Assembly (NCBI RefSeq): GCF_044704955.1
Contig: NC_091983.1
Span: 66,712,001 to 66,776,000, forward strand
Direction of reading: 5' to 3'
Source of the DNA: Pristiophorus japonicus
Taxonomy: Eukaryota
Length of the DNA stretch: 64,000 nt
Shown here in pieces: positions 51,966 to 63,621 of the stretch. Under the pieces are notes generated by a model. That model was not told the DNA's origin, made no database searches, and saw nothing but the letters and a program-made list of their open reading frames with translations. Position 1 is the first letter of the stretch. Each line of letters opens with the position of its first letter. Both the position numbers and the translations under genes were made by a program.

Positions 51966-54900
51966 TATCATCTTCTTTCGTATGGTAGTAGCAAAGCAAA
52001 TCAAATGTAAATATCCAAGTTGGATATCCAGGCCAAAGCTTCTGGTGTAACAGTGTGGATATCTTATAGGCTGCCGACAAATTTCCTCTGAGGGCAGTGC
52101 TCAATAATATGCTCCAGTGTCTGAATAGGAGCTCCACGGTGGCTTGATGAGGATACTTTAATCTTCCACAATGAAGAAGGTGGCAGCATCTAACATGACC
52201 AGTTCTGAGGCAGTTGATGGTTGTCCACTGTTTGCTAGGAAGGTTTGATCCTTCACGTTGTACTGTGGGGTCCTCTATAAGAAATCCATTCCGTATGTCG
52301 TAGTTCTTCCAAGCATTTCGCCATCGGTCATCAAGGGTGAGGAAAGATTGTTGAATGGCTTTGCCGACGGTCCAAAATGGTCTTCTAGATTCGAGATAGG
52401 TGGTGGTAGGTTGTTCAAGTCGGCCTGGATCGGCATGTCTTTGCTGGTGTAGCGGATGTATTCTCTGGAGACTGCATATTCACGGCGTAGATGTGGTGGT
52501 GCAATGTTTGCAAGCATGGGCATCCAAGGTGTTGGTGTCGATAAAAGCATACCGGAGATAATTCTAATAGTAGAATTCAGCTGGACATAAACGGATTTGA
52601 CATGCGGACTTGTTAGCCATGCCGGAGAGCAGTACTCCGCTGTAGAGTATACCAAGGTGAGTGCTGCTATACGGAGAGTTTGAGCATCTGCTCCCCATGT
52701 GGATCCGGCGAGTTTCTTCCCAAGTTTCAGGAGATGTTGTCTATATGACACGATGCGATCAAGCAAAATACCTAAGTAGGTGGGTTTTTGATACAACAAA
52801 AGGAGACTTGATGGGTGTTGAGGTGGAATGTCGAGGTGACAATCTTTTGACGGTTTGGCCAGAGTCACCATGTCTTTGCTAGTGTAGCGGATGTAGGCCT
52901 CCATCCTCTGTAAATCAGTGGTCAGGCTCTCTTCGGTGATGAACAGATTCATGTTTTGCATGGCCAAGGCAATTTCATCAGCGTATATTAACTTCTGGGA
53001 CTCTGTTTCGAGCAGATCAATAGTGTAAATGTTGAACAACATAGGTGCCAGGACAGAACCCTGTGGGAGTCCATTGTTCAATGTCCTATATCTGCTCTTC
53101 TGGGTGCCAGAGTACACACGGAAGCATCAGTTGCTAAGCATGGAGTTGAGAAAATGGATTGTTTTTCTGCAGGGTAAAATGGTGGAGAGCTTGAAAAGCA
53201 GTCCATGCTTCCATACTGCGTCATACGCCACTACAAGTGCTACAGCGGTCGTAAGCTGGTGCTTGAAACCCGTTTTGGTGTGCGTTGGTAAAGCTACCAC
53301 TTGGTCGCAGCTGTTACGGCCACTCCAGAAGCCCACTTGCTCCTTTGGAATGGTTGGCTTGATGATGGGGGCTAGTCTGTGCAAAGTAAGGAGATCGGTC
53401 AGTAGCTGGAGGCTTCACAAACATTCTTCCCTTGCCTCAGGAGGGCAATTATTTTAGTCTCCCTCCAAATAGGTGTAATTTTACCAGTTGCCAATACCTC
53501 AGAGAAGGAGGTCAACCATTTCTTCGCTTTGGGTCCCAGTGCTTTTAAGAATTGGGTAACCACCATCTGGGCCAGCAGCTTTTATAGATTTGGTGGTCGA
53601 AAGGGCTGCATTTAGTTTGTCCAAGGTGAATGGATGAGACAGAATTGACGATCTTGGTGCCACCATCAAGTTTGCTGAACGCTGCCACTTCATCTGCCAT
53701 TGAAATTCTTTGTCCACCGGAGCATTTGATGTTTGTATCGTAGAATGTAATTGTATCGTGGGATGTTTGTATCATGGGATGCAATGGCGTCCGCTCTGAT
53801 GGTCGAACTGTGTTAATGGGCTCAATTTTGGCCAGGAGTTGCTGTGTTTTTTTTTTGGAATAACTTGGTTTTTCTGGCATAACTTAAAAATCCCCATTTT
53901 GCACATTCAATTTGCACCAGTGTAAATGAGTTAGTTACAATTTTTTTAGTTTTGTTTTTTTTTTCTCAAAAGGGGGCGTTACCAGCCACTTACACCAGTT
54001 CTGCCCATTTAGGCAACTTTGGCCAGCTAATAGTTACTCCAAATCTACTTAGGCCAGTGTATGTGGCCACTTCATAAAACCCTTGTAGAGAGTTAAGAAA
54101 TCAGCGCAGGGATAGGGGCGGGAGGCCAGAGAACAGATAGTGCTCCTGCCTGGATGATTTCTATTAGTTCCCGCCCGCCCCTAGCCCTGGCCGAGTGAGT
54201 TTCAAAAGACTCAAATTTAATTTTAATTAAAGAAACTTAATGTCTAAAGAATGTGAATAGGATCAAACAGCTATAGAGGAACATCATATGACAAACTTCG
54301 CAAAGTTAATTTACTATACAACAGATGCATTCATAGAAGCTTAAACTACAAAAATAAAAGTAAAAGATGGTTGCCCTAATCTTACAACTAATTTAAACAA
54401 CTATTTGTTTGCAATGATTATACTGGATCGATCGCACCGAAGGCCACTCGGCCAGGGCTAGGGGCGGGAAGGAGAACTGATAGAAATCATCCGGGCAGGA
54501 ACACCATCAGTTCTGCCCGCCCGCCCGCCCCTTCCCTGGCTGAGTAGCCTCCCGGTGTGATTTCTAGATGATTAAAGCTTCAAATCAACTACGCCTACTC
54601 ACAGCAACATTTGGCCAGCATCAGGTCCCTCCCACAGTTGCTACAGCAAGACACGGAGAGGCTGGGGGCGAGGAGCTACTGCGCATGCGTGGACACTGCA
54701 CTGCGCATGTGCAGACGTCCCGGCATTGTTTTCGGTGCAGGATGCTGGCTCCACTCCCGACTCGACTGGCCACGCTGCGCGACCACAGGGAGGAGACCGG
54801 ACAGTGGCCAAAGTGGGGAGGAATTTTTTCAGCGCACTACTGAACGGAGAAAAGCGGCGCATCTCCGGTAAGTGCGCCAAAATTGAGCCCTATAGGTGGG

Positions 54901-54973
54901 GTTTGCCTCGCCATGTTGACGGAGCAGGGCCCATGCTTTCCTGCTGGAGTGAGTGAAGTTGGAATTCTCCATA
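51966..54973 (-). mobile_element. RTEX-like LINE, 5'-truncated, split by a MITE
   Basis: NFTHSSRKAWALL, KAAGPDG, EQVGF, AYDAVW, NNGLPQGSVLAP, YADE, TWGADA, AEYCSPAW, QTLEHIIEHCP; 3' end ccatacgaaagaagatg. Confidence 0.85.
53818..54890 (+). mobile_element. Harbinger-type MITE with an internal inverted repeat and AT-rich filler
   Basis: TIR gggctcaattttggc / gccaaaattgagccc; flanks aat / tat. Confidence 0.85.
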
Positions 54974-55731
54974 AGGCTCGAAGGGCTGAATGATCTACTC
55001 CTGCTCCTGTTTCTTATGATCATATGACTACATGCAGCATAAAATTACAAGTAATAACACTCATTTGCTGGCAAAAACCCCTAAAAACTGAGAAAAATCA
55101 TTATCATTAAAAACTGAATAAAATTCATGACCATGCATATACACATAAACAACTGTAAACATGGAATTCTTTTGAAGGCTACAGTCACTCTTGATATTCA
55201 CAATTCCCTTATTCCACATAAAATATTACTCTAAAGTAGTGCATGTCAGATCATATTATAAAAAGTGTATATTTTTTAAATTGCAGTTGTTTTACTTGGT
55301 TGGCGTTGTTCCAAATGTAAATTTAATTCTGATCCAAATCAAGAGTTTAAATGGAATAAAGTCTGAAAGTGTGAACAACTAACTCTACAAAATGCAATTT
55401 AACCTTGTGATAATTGTGACTTTTAATAATTCTGGCAATTTACAATCAGAACAAATGCAGTTATGAAGGGTTTTATTAATTTTCTACTCCATTAATTAAA
55501 CTTGTGCACTGAAATTTAATATCAACCACAACACAAAATCCATTAACATATAAATGCTATACTGTAATAAATTGCTATTTGCATTAATAAACAGCGTACA
55601 TAAACGTTTAATAGACAGTCCTCAGAGATTCATTAACAATGTAGAAACTATTTGGAAATTAAGATCCCCATTCCATTTGCTTATACAGGTTATCATGTTT
55701 ATAACACTAAGTAAAGATATCAAAATACATC

Positions 55732-56433
55732 GGGGCTGAAATTGCCCCTCAGAATTGCCCCCAAGACTCCGCCGGCGAAAAGTGGTTTGCGCCTTGCCCT
55801 ACGATTAGCGCACCGCACACGCGGCGATTACGTCATCGCCGTGCGCCAACCCCTTTGCACCCCTCGAGGGAAATTGCCCCGCAGGACGCGAGGTCGGCGT
55901 GGGGCGATGCCTTCGACAGCTTCTCGGGGTGAAAAGCTATGGTGGCTGGGTGCTCCAGCCACCCTTAAATGGGAGGTGGTGGCGTGGCGGCCGCCAGCTT
56001 TTTTCTGTTGGCCAACATTTCAGTCGGCCAGACAACAACGACCACAGGTGTGGCTGGGCCGCCAATATGCAGCCCAGCACCCCCTCTAGGTGCCAGGCTG
56101 CTGGCCGAGCCGACATCCTCCCTGGTGGATCAGTGGCTGCCACTAAAAAGGCTGCAGAGTTCACAGCGGCCCTCTCCTTTAAAAGGGGATGACATTGTGA
56201 CATGTCAGCGTGATGCGGCATGCACACGCCGCACTGACGTCATCACCGTGGTGCTGATGTACTGAGTACACGCTGAGCGTTGCGTCCTGTGAGCACCCCG
56301 TTACCACAACCAACATATTTTTTATTCAGAGAGATGAATTCTGGGTCGGTGGCAGTGTTTCCCGTGCCGGCGCGAAAATATCAGTTAATTCGAATTGACC
56401 GCCCTAAACCCAGCGGGGGGCAATTTCAGCCCC
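55732..56433. mobile_element. Harbinger-type GC-rich MITE
   Basis: Perfect 17-bp TIR ggggctgaaattgcccc; TSD atc. Confidence 0.88.
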
Positions 56434-58589
56434 ATCATTTCTTAAGGATGTTGTAGCAGAAATTTCAGTTAAACATTAAGCATTAATTTTGTTTAATTAT
56501 TCATATCTATGGTATAGCTTACTCTTTTATAACAATTAAAATAAAAACACATTTGGGGGCAATTTTTTCTCTTTTTGCATTTGGCTGTAAGGGTTGTCTG
56601 CGTGCTACACACGGAGGAATACTGCACTCGCACAATGGAACATGTCCAATTTTCATAATGAATGGAAAACCAGATAGGCTCTTTTACAAGCACATGCCCA
56701 AGTTTCTTCTATTTGTTCCACCCAAGCACAATAATGTTTTTGAAACAGTGACCATGTGTTATAAATAATATGTACAATCCCATATTACTGGGTTAAAGAT
56801 CAGCTGTGTACTTACTTAATTACTGAGGCCTGCAAAAAATAATTGGGCATAAATTGAAAGAACACCTTACCACAGTTGCACCAGACTATAGTACTTTCTG
56901 CCATATTCTAGGACAAAAGTCAAAATAATCATTGAAGACTGGCACTAGATAATCTGAAGTAGACAGGCATGGATCAGGTTAATGATAGGGGCCACAATTT
57001 TCCTCCATCATCTCCCATCTCCCCAATCAGAATAAATGTGGGCGTCGCAGCAAGGCCAGCATTTATTGCCCATCCCTAATTGCCCTCGGGAAGTTGCTGG
57101 TGAGCCCCCTTCTTGAATGCAACTGAATGGCTTGCTAGGCCATTGCAGATTCAATTACATTGCTATTGGTCTGGAATTACAGATAGGCTAGACAGGGTAA
57201 GGAAGTCAGGTTTCCTTCCCTAAAGGACATTAGTAAATCAGATGGGTTTTTATGACAATCCGGTAATTTCACGGTCACCATTACTGATACTAGCTTTTTA
57301 TTACAGAGTAGATAGAGAGAAACTGTTCCCATTGGCAGATGGGTCGAGAACCAGAGGACACAGATTTAAGGTGATTAGCAAAAGAACCAGAGGCAACATA
57401 ACAAAAAGCTTTTAAACAGTGCGAGTGGTTAGGATCTGGATTGTACTGCCTTGAAAGGGTGGTGGAGGCAGACTTAATCACGCTTTCAAAAGGGAGTTGG
57501 ATAAGTACCTGAAATAAAATTAATTGCTGGGCTACGGGGAAAGGGTGGGGGAGTGGGACCAGTTGAAATGCTCTGGCAGAGAGCCGCATGGGCTCGATGG
57601 GCCGAATGGATTTCTACCATGCTGTGACCATTCTATGGGGCCAAGTTTCTTTGGAGCAACTGGTTTAGAATGGAGTATCTTAGAAATTTGAATGCTTGGC
57701 ATTTAGCTTGCTCCAGTTATAGTCAGTTAGAACGGTTTCACTTTGGAACAGAATTTATTTTCCAAAAGGGGGCGTGTCCGGCCACTTACGCCTGTTTTCA
57801 AAGTTTAGGCAGTGAAAACTTACTCCAAACTAACTTAGAATGGAGTAAGTGAAGATTTTTGTACATTCGAAAAAACCTTGTCTACACTTTATAAAATCAG
57901 GCGTAGGTTACAAATTAGGCATAGGGAATGGGGGGGGGGGGGTTTAAAGGGAAGTTTACAAACATTAAACACTTCAGTTTTACAAATAAAGAGCCATCAT
58001 CAATAATAAATGATAAATGCATCAATAAATCAACCAATAAATCAATCAAAAAAAATGTTTTTTAAATCAATAAATAAAACATTTTCTACTTGCCGACTGC
58101 AGCACCGGGAGTCCTCCAACAGCGTGCTGGGACAGCCCCCCCGTGTGTCTCTGTCAGTGTCTCTATCTCTCTCTGTCTGCCTGTGTGTGTGTCTCTCACT
58201 CTCTGTCTGTCAGTGTCTGTGTTTCTGACAGCGAGGGGAGGGGAAGAAGGGAGAGGGAGGGGAGTGGAAGAAGGGGGGGGGAGGAGAAGGGGGGGGGGGG
58301 AAGAGAAGGGGGGGGGAGAGAAGGGGGAGGGGGGGGGAGAGAAGGGGGAGGGGGGGGGAGAGAAGGGGGAGGGGGGGGAAGAGAAGGGGGAGGGGGGGAG
58401 AGAAGGGGAGGGGGGGAGAGAAGGGGGAGGGGGGGAGAGAAGGGGGTGGGAGGGGGAGGGGGAGAAGGGGGGTGGGAGGGGGAGAAGGGGGGTGAGGGGG
58501 GTGGGAAGGGGAGAAGGGGGGTGGGGGGGGGGTGGGAGGGGGAGAGGAGGGGTGAGGAGAAGGGTGGGAATAGGGGGAGAAGGGAGGGA

Positions 58590-59420
58590 GAGGATGGAGG
58601 GAGTGAAGGGGGAGAGGATGGAGGGAGTGAAGGGGGAGAGGATGGAGGGAGTGAAGGGGAGAGGATGGAGGGAATAAAGGGAGAGAGGATGGAGGGAGTG
58701 AAGGGAGAGAGGATGGAGGGAGTGAAGGGAGAGAGGATGGAGGGAGTGAAGGGAGAGAGGATGGAGGGAGTGAAGGGAGAGAGGATGGAGGGAGTGAAGG
58801 GAGAGAGGATGGAGGGAGTGAAGGGAGAGAGGATGGAGGGAGTGAAGGGAGAGAGGATGGAGGGAGTGAAGGGAGAGAGGATGGAGGGAGTGAAGGGAGA
58901 GAGGATGGAGGGAGTGAAGGGAGAGAGGATGGAGGGAGTGAAGGGAGAGAGGATGGAGGGAGTGAAGGGAGAGAGGATGGAGGGAGTGAAGGGAGAGAGG
59001 ATGGAGGGAGTGAAGGGAGAGAGGATGGAGGGAGTGAAGGGAGAGAGGATGGAGGGAGTGAAGGGAGAGAGGATGGAGGGAGTGAAGGGAGAGAGGATGG
59101 AGGGAGTGAAGGGAGAGAGGATGGAGGGAGTGAAGGGAGAGAGGATGGAGGGAGTGAAGGGAGAGAGGATGGAGGGAGTGAAGGGAGAGAGGATGGAGGG
59201 AGTGAAGGGAGAGAGGATGGAGGGAGTGAAGGGAGAGAGGATGGAGGGAGTGAAGGGAGAGAGGATGGAGGGAGTGAAGGAGAGAGGATGGAGGGAGTGA
59301 AGGGAGAGAGGATGGAGGGAGTGAAGGGAGAGAGGATGGAGGGAGTGAAGGGAGAGAGGATGGAGGGAGTGAAGGGAGAGAGGATGGAGGGAGTGAAGGG
59401 AGAGAGGATGGAGGGAGTGA
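58590..59420. repeat. 24-bp minisatellite ggagggagtgaagggagagaggat, about 34 copies, inside a G/A-rich tract (58230-59585)
   Basis: Near-perfect tandem array visible. Confidence 0.97.
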
Positions 59421-59585
59421 GGATGAGGGAGAGAGGATGGAGGAGTGGAAGGGAGAGAGGATGGGTGGGGGTGAAGGGAGTGGAGGAGGGAGTGGGGAGA
59501 GAGGATGGGGGAGGGTGAGCAGTGGTGGGGTGGGTAGGGTACAGTGAGGGAGAGGCTAGGTAAGGGTGGCGTTGCCGGGGAGAGC

Positions 59586-59785
59586 NNNNNNNNNNNNNNN
59601 NNNNNNNNNNNNNNNNNNNNNNNNNNNNNNNNNNNNNNNNNNNNNNNNNNNNNNNNNNNNNNNNNNNNNNNNNNNNNNNNNNNNNNNNNNNNNNNNNNNN
59701 NNNNNNNNNNNNNNNNNNNNNNNNNNNNNNNNNNNNNNNNNNNNNNNNNNNNNNNNNNNNNNNNNNNNNNNNNNNNNNNNNNNNN
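59586..59785. other. Assembly gap (200 N)
   Basis: Run of N. Confidence 1.
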
Positions 59786-60008
59786 GGGAAGAAGGGAGGG
59801 AAGGAGGGGTGGGGGGAAGGGAGAGAAGGAGGCTGAACGGCCAGGCCCAAGACTTCGGGCTGGATTTACAGGTAGGCGGCGTCGGATCTTGGGGGGGGGG
59901 GTGGTGGGGGGGGGGTGGTGGTGGGAGAGCCTCGGAGGTCCAGGGGGTGTGGGCGCGGAGGTAGGGGGAGTCGGGGGCGGGGAGCGGAGGGAAGCAGAGG
60001 TCGAGTCG

Positions 60009-60045
<37 letters not shown>

Positions 60046-61560
60046 TAGCGGGGGTCGGGTCGGGTGGAAGGAGCCTTATCCACACAGCCCCAGTTAGGCC
60101 ATTCAGCCAGGGCTAAGGGCTGCATGCTTCGGGCCCCTCCCACAGTTTTGGACGCCTGGAGCTACTGCACAAGCGCGCCCACTGTAGCGCATGTGCAGAG
60201 GTCCCGGCCCTGTTTTCAGCGCAGGGACCTGGCTCCGCCCCCCACAGCTCGTGCTGCGCTGCGCCGAGCTGCAAAGGATCTGCAGTGAGCCGGAGAATAG
60301 GTAATTTTTTTTTCAGCGCATTTTGTGGCGCGAAAAACGGGCGTCCAGGTCCGGGCTGCGCCGTTTTAGGCACGGCCCGAAACTTGGGCCCATTGATTCT
60401 ATTCCAGATTTATTTAATTAAATTTAAATTCCCTAGCTACTATGGTGGGATTTAAACTCATGTCGCCAGATCATTCGTCCAGGCCTCTGGCTGTAACATA
60501 ACCACTGTGCTACCATACCACAGAAGAAAACCAGCCCATAGTTTAACACAAGCCCATGTGCACCCATACTTTAAAAAAGTAGACCCAAAAACCCACGAGT
60601 CACGCACACTCTTTATACCACTGGTTACAAAAAACTATACTGAATGAAATCAGGAGTAAAAACCCAAGTATTAAAGAAAATGCAAGTTATCTGGTTTTGA
60701 AATAGAACATGCTCATAATGAAAGGCTACAGTGACTATCTAATCTAAACTACTCCTATGGTGAGACTATAAGCATCCCAATTCAAAGTTGAGAGGTGCAA
60801 TGCGTGAAGCTAGGAACGTAAAACTGGGGCTTGACAAGTCTTTTGAGCAGGAAGACCGTGTACGGCATTGCCATGTTAACATTTTAACTGTTTCCACAAC
60901 CTTATGCAGCATTTAATGTATCTTCTACATTGTGTCTTACAGCTTTCTTCAAACTGCATAACCATAACTTGAATGAATGTTATGCTCAATCCGTTTTTTA
61001 CTGTTATAGCTACAGTTTTAATCTGTACTTTTATTTCTCTGGAGAATACATTTACTGCAATAAGCTTGATACAAATACTGCTGTGGTCAGAAGGTGGTCC
61101 TGCATAAATATTTTGTTCAGAATAAGTGCAGAATTCTGCAAACCACTAGTTTTAATGATATATATTTTCAGCAAAATCCAAAAATTAAAAATATAACTCA
61201 TATCCGAGAATTATTTTGCATATAAAATACAATTGTTTTTGCAGATGCAAGTTCCAAATGTGAATTCAACATTAAGAGTATTGTATTGTGTAATTATTCT
61301 TGAAAGCATGCACAGAAGACATAGTGTCAAGGAAATGGGATACAGAAAGGCTCAGAAGCAGTTTGAATTAAAGTAACATTCCCATCAGAAGTGTCCTTTC
61401 AATACCTAAAATACAGCAACATTATTTTGACCAATGAAATAAGACATTGTTAAGAACATTCCAAGGGGGCAAGGTAGCAAGTTGCTGCTTCCATGCTACG
61501 ACATGGAGTGATAATTATTCGATTGCTCCCCCACATTTGCAAGGTGCTGTTAAATACCAA

Positions 61561-62310
61561 GGGCTAGAAATTCGGCTATTAGTGATTTCGCCCGTTTATC
61601 CAGCGATAATCTTGGAGTCATTTTTTTTTAGTGCCGGGTTAGTGTTAGTGCCGGGAAGTCGCAAAATTTGGCAAACGGTGACCGGTGATAGCAATAAATC
61701 TGGCCGAGCACGATGGAATCTGTGTGTCAGGGCCAAAACTTGCGATGATAAAAAAGCGGACCTACTGCGCATGTGCAAATATTTTTTTTCCCGATTTTTT
61801 TTCTTCTTCCCATGATTCTAGTCAGCTGTCAGGGTGCGCCCGAGCATGCACAGTACATCCAGCGCTGAAGCAAGTACTTTTCACAGTCCAAGCAGCCACA
61901 ATGGAAGGGGACTCCAGCAGGCAGAGAGCTCAAAAGTTTAGCTATAAAACAAAAGAGTCCCTGATTGCAGCTGTGCAAACCAGATTGGGAGAATTTAATA
62001 TGAGGGGTGCTGAAAAACTCCTCCCAGCTGTGCAAAGGCAAATGTGGACCAGCCTGGCTGGGGAGGTCACCTCAGTCGAAAATACCATGAGGGACCATCA
62101 ACAATGTCGGAAAAAGTTCAATGACCATTCCAGGGTCGTGAGAGTAAGGAATATTTTTATTCATACACTCCTTCATTACTTAAATTCTAAATCTGACACA
62201 TGTTGGTATGTGCAGGCTTAGTGTTGCACCTAATTTGCCATGAATGACCGTTACACATTAGTAAGACTGCTTTTTGACATCTTAAAAGATGTTTCTGCAC
62301 TTTGATGTCT
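61561..62310 (+). mobile_element. PIF/Harbinger left part with an open Myb/SANT-like exon (61901-62143)
   Basis: TIR-like gggctagaaattcg; MEGDSSRQRAQKFS..LIAAV..W..LAGEVTS..RDHQQCRKKFND followed by gtaagg; right end not found. Confidence 0.75.
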
Positions 62311-62317
62311 TCCTTAT

Positions 62318-62480
62318 TATCATCGGCAGTCCCTCGGAGCCGAGGATGACTTGCTTCCACTCTAAAAGTGAGTTCTCAGGTGACTGAGGGGTCCAATGCG
62401 GGACCTACAGTCTCTGTCATATGTGGGGCAGACAGTGGTTGAAGGAAAGGTGGGTGGGGAGCCTGGGTTGGCGCACGTGG
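62318..62480 (-). mobile_element. RTE 3'-end fragment
   Basis: TVCPTYDRDCRSRIGPLSHLRTH and the gtggaagcaagtcatcctcg tail. Confidence 0.85.
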
Positions 62481-62754
62481 GAGGGGACCTGTGCGTGAAG
62501 GGGACCTGCGCGTGGGAGCTTGGTTGGTTCTGGCCAAAAGAACTTGTGTGCTGTGAAGAGTTGATTCTGGCTGAAGGGACTTGTGTTCTGTGCAGAGTTG
62601 CTGCGGGCCCAGGAGCAGCAGTACAGTGACTGAAGACCTGGCCTGGAACAGGTAGGACTGGCTTTTTTTTTTCTTGCAATTTTTGTCATTGTACAGTAGT
62701 TGGATTTAATTTCTTGACTTTTCACTGGGCCCGGCTTGCAACGCTAACGGTTTG

Positions 62755-62852
62755 GCAGGGTGTCCGGATTCCGCAACATTCTGCGGATTCTGGACAATCC
62801 TGCCACGGATCATTCTGGATTCTGGAACTCCGGATTTTGGATGCTGCACCTG
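62755..62852. mobile_element. Tigger-like MITE right end
   Basis: tccggattttggatgctgcacctg, reverse-complement match to the 24601 end. Confidence 0.55.
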
Positions 62853-63621
62853 CAATGCCTCTGCTATCTCTTTCCTATATTATTTTTAAATGCGTGGATG
62901 CAATTCATCTGGATCAGTGGTCTTATCCTCAGATTGTTGCATTTGTATGACATAAGTCAAACCTATGTTATCGTGACAACTATTTTTATTGTCCCTAGCA
63001 ATGATATTTCACAAAGGGTATTTAAAGATAGTACATTTATGTAAAACAAATATCTGTGGATACCATGCATTGTACTGCTGTTATTGATGCTGTTAAAATT
63101 CTGGTCTACTAGACACCTACTCTGGTTCAGTGGTATCAGTCACTCCTATAATCAGTCTGAACATTTTACTTTTATGGGAATTGACTCTCATTGTCCTACA
63201 TCTACTGGTATGATAGCATAATCTGGAGGTTGTAACAATAATTCCCCCCCTTGTGACCTGAACCAGATATTCACATCTTTCACATTTGTACTTCTTCAAC
63301 CCTACTGAAAGACCTAGCAAACACTTGCTGAAGCAAGGCTTTATACAGATCAATATGCTGCTTTATTTCACATTATGACCAAACAGAGCTGCAGTTATGA
63401 TTGGACTATTTTGATTCCATCAGTACAGGTACAACTTATCTTCATGTGACAATACAAAATGAAGACTATGCCACACTTCCCACATCAGTGGGCTGTCTTA
63501 CTTGACTTCAACAGGTATCTTGGAGAGAACAACTTTTACCACTATATTAAGCACATTTCATCTAGATGCCTTTAAAAAAAAAACAACTTGACAATGAACT
63601 TTACTTTAAAAACCTACTATT

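Larger units (their letters stand above)
57637..60391 (+). mobile_element. Harbinger-type MITE expanded by a purine-rich satellite
   Basis: TIR ggggccaagtttc / gaaacttgggccc; spans the assembly gap. Confidence 0.7.
57035..60517 (-). mobile_element. tRNA-derived SINE split by a CR1 3' fragment (57300-57636) and a MITE
   Basis: tRNA-like head with A/B-box-like motifs at 60440-60517 (minus strand); 3' tail similar to the 3' end of the 44400 LINE. Confidence 0.7.

Noticed and set aside
54200-54430. Frame open if TAA/TAG are read as Gln (ciliate-like code)
   Set aside because: Lack of TGA over about 76 codons is readily expected by chance; no recognisable protein.
56811-56910. Two short AG...gtaag segments on the minus strand
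   Set aside because: They do not encode the expected upstream NBAS peptide; chance splice-like motifs.
58090-60116. 385-629 aa ORFs (GERMEGVK and PFTPSILS repeats)
   Set aside because: Products of the 24-bp satellite and the N gap.
60440-60517. tRNA gene
   Set aside because: Degenerate tRNA-like head of a SINE; no intact cloverleaf evident.
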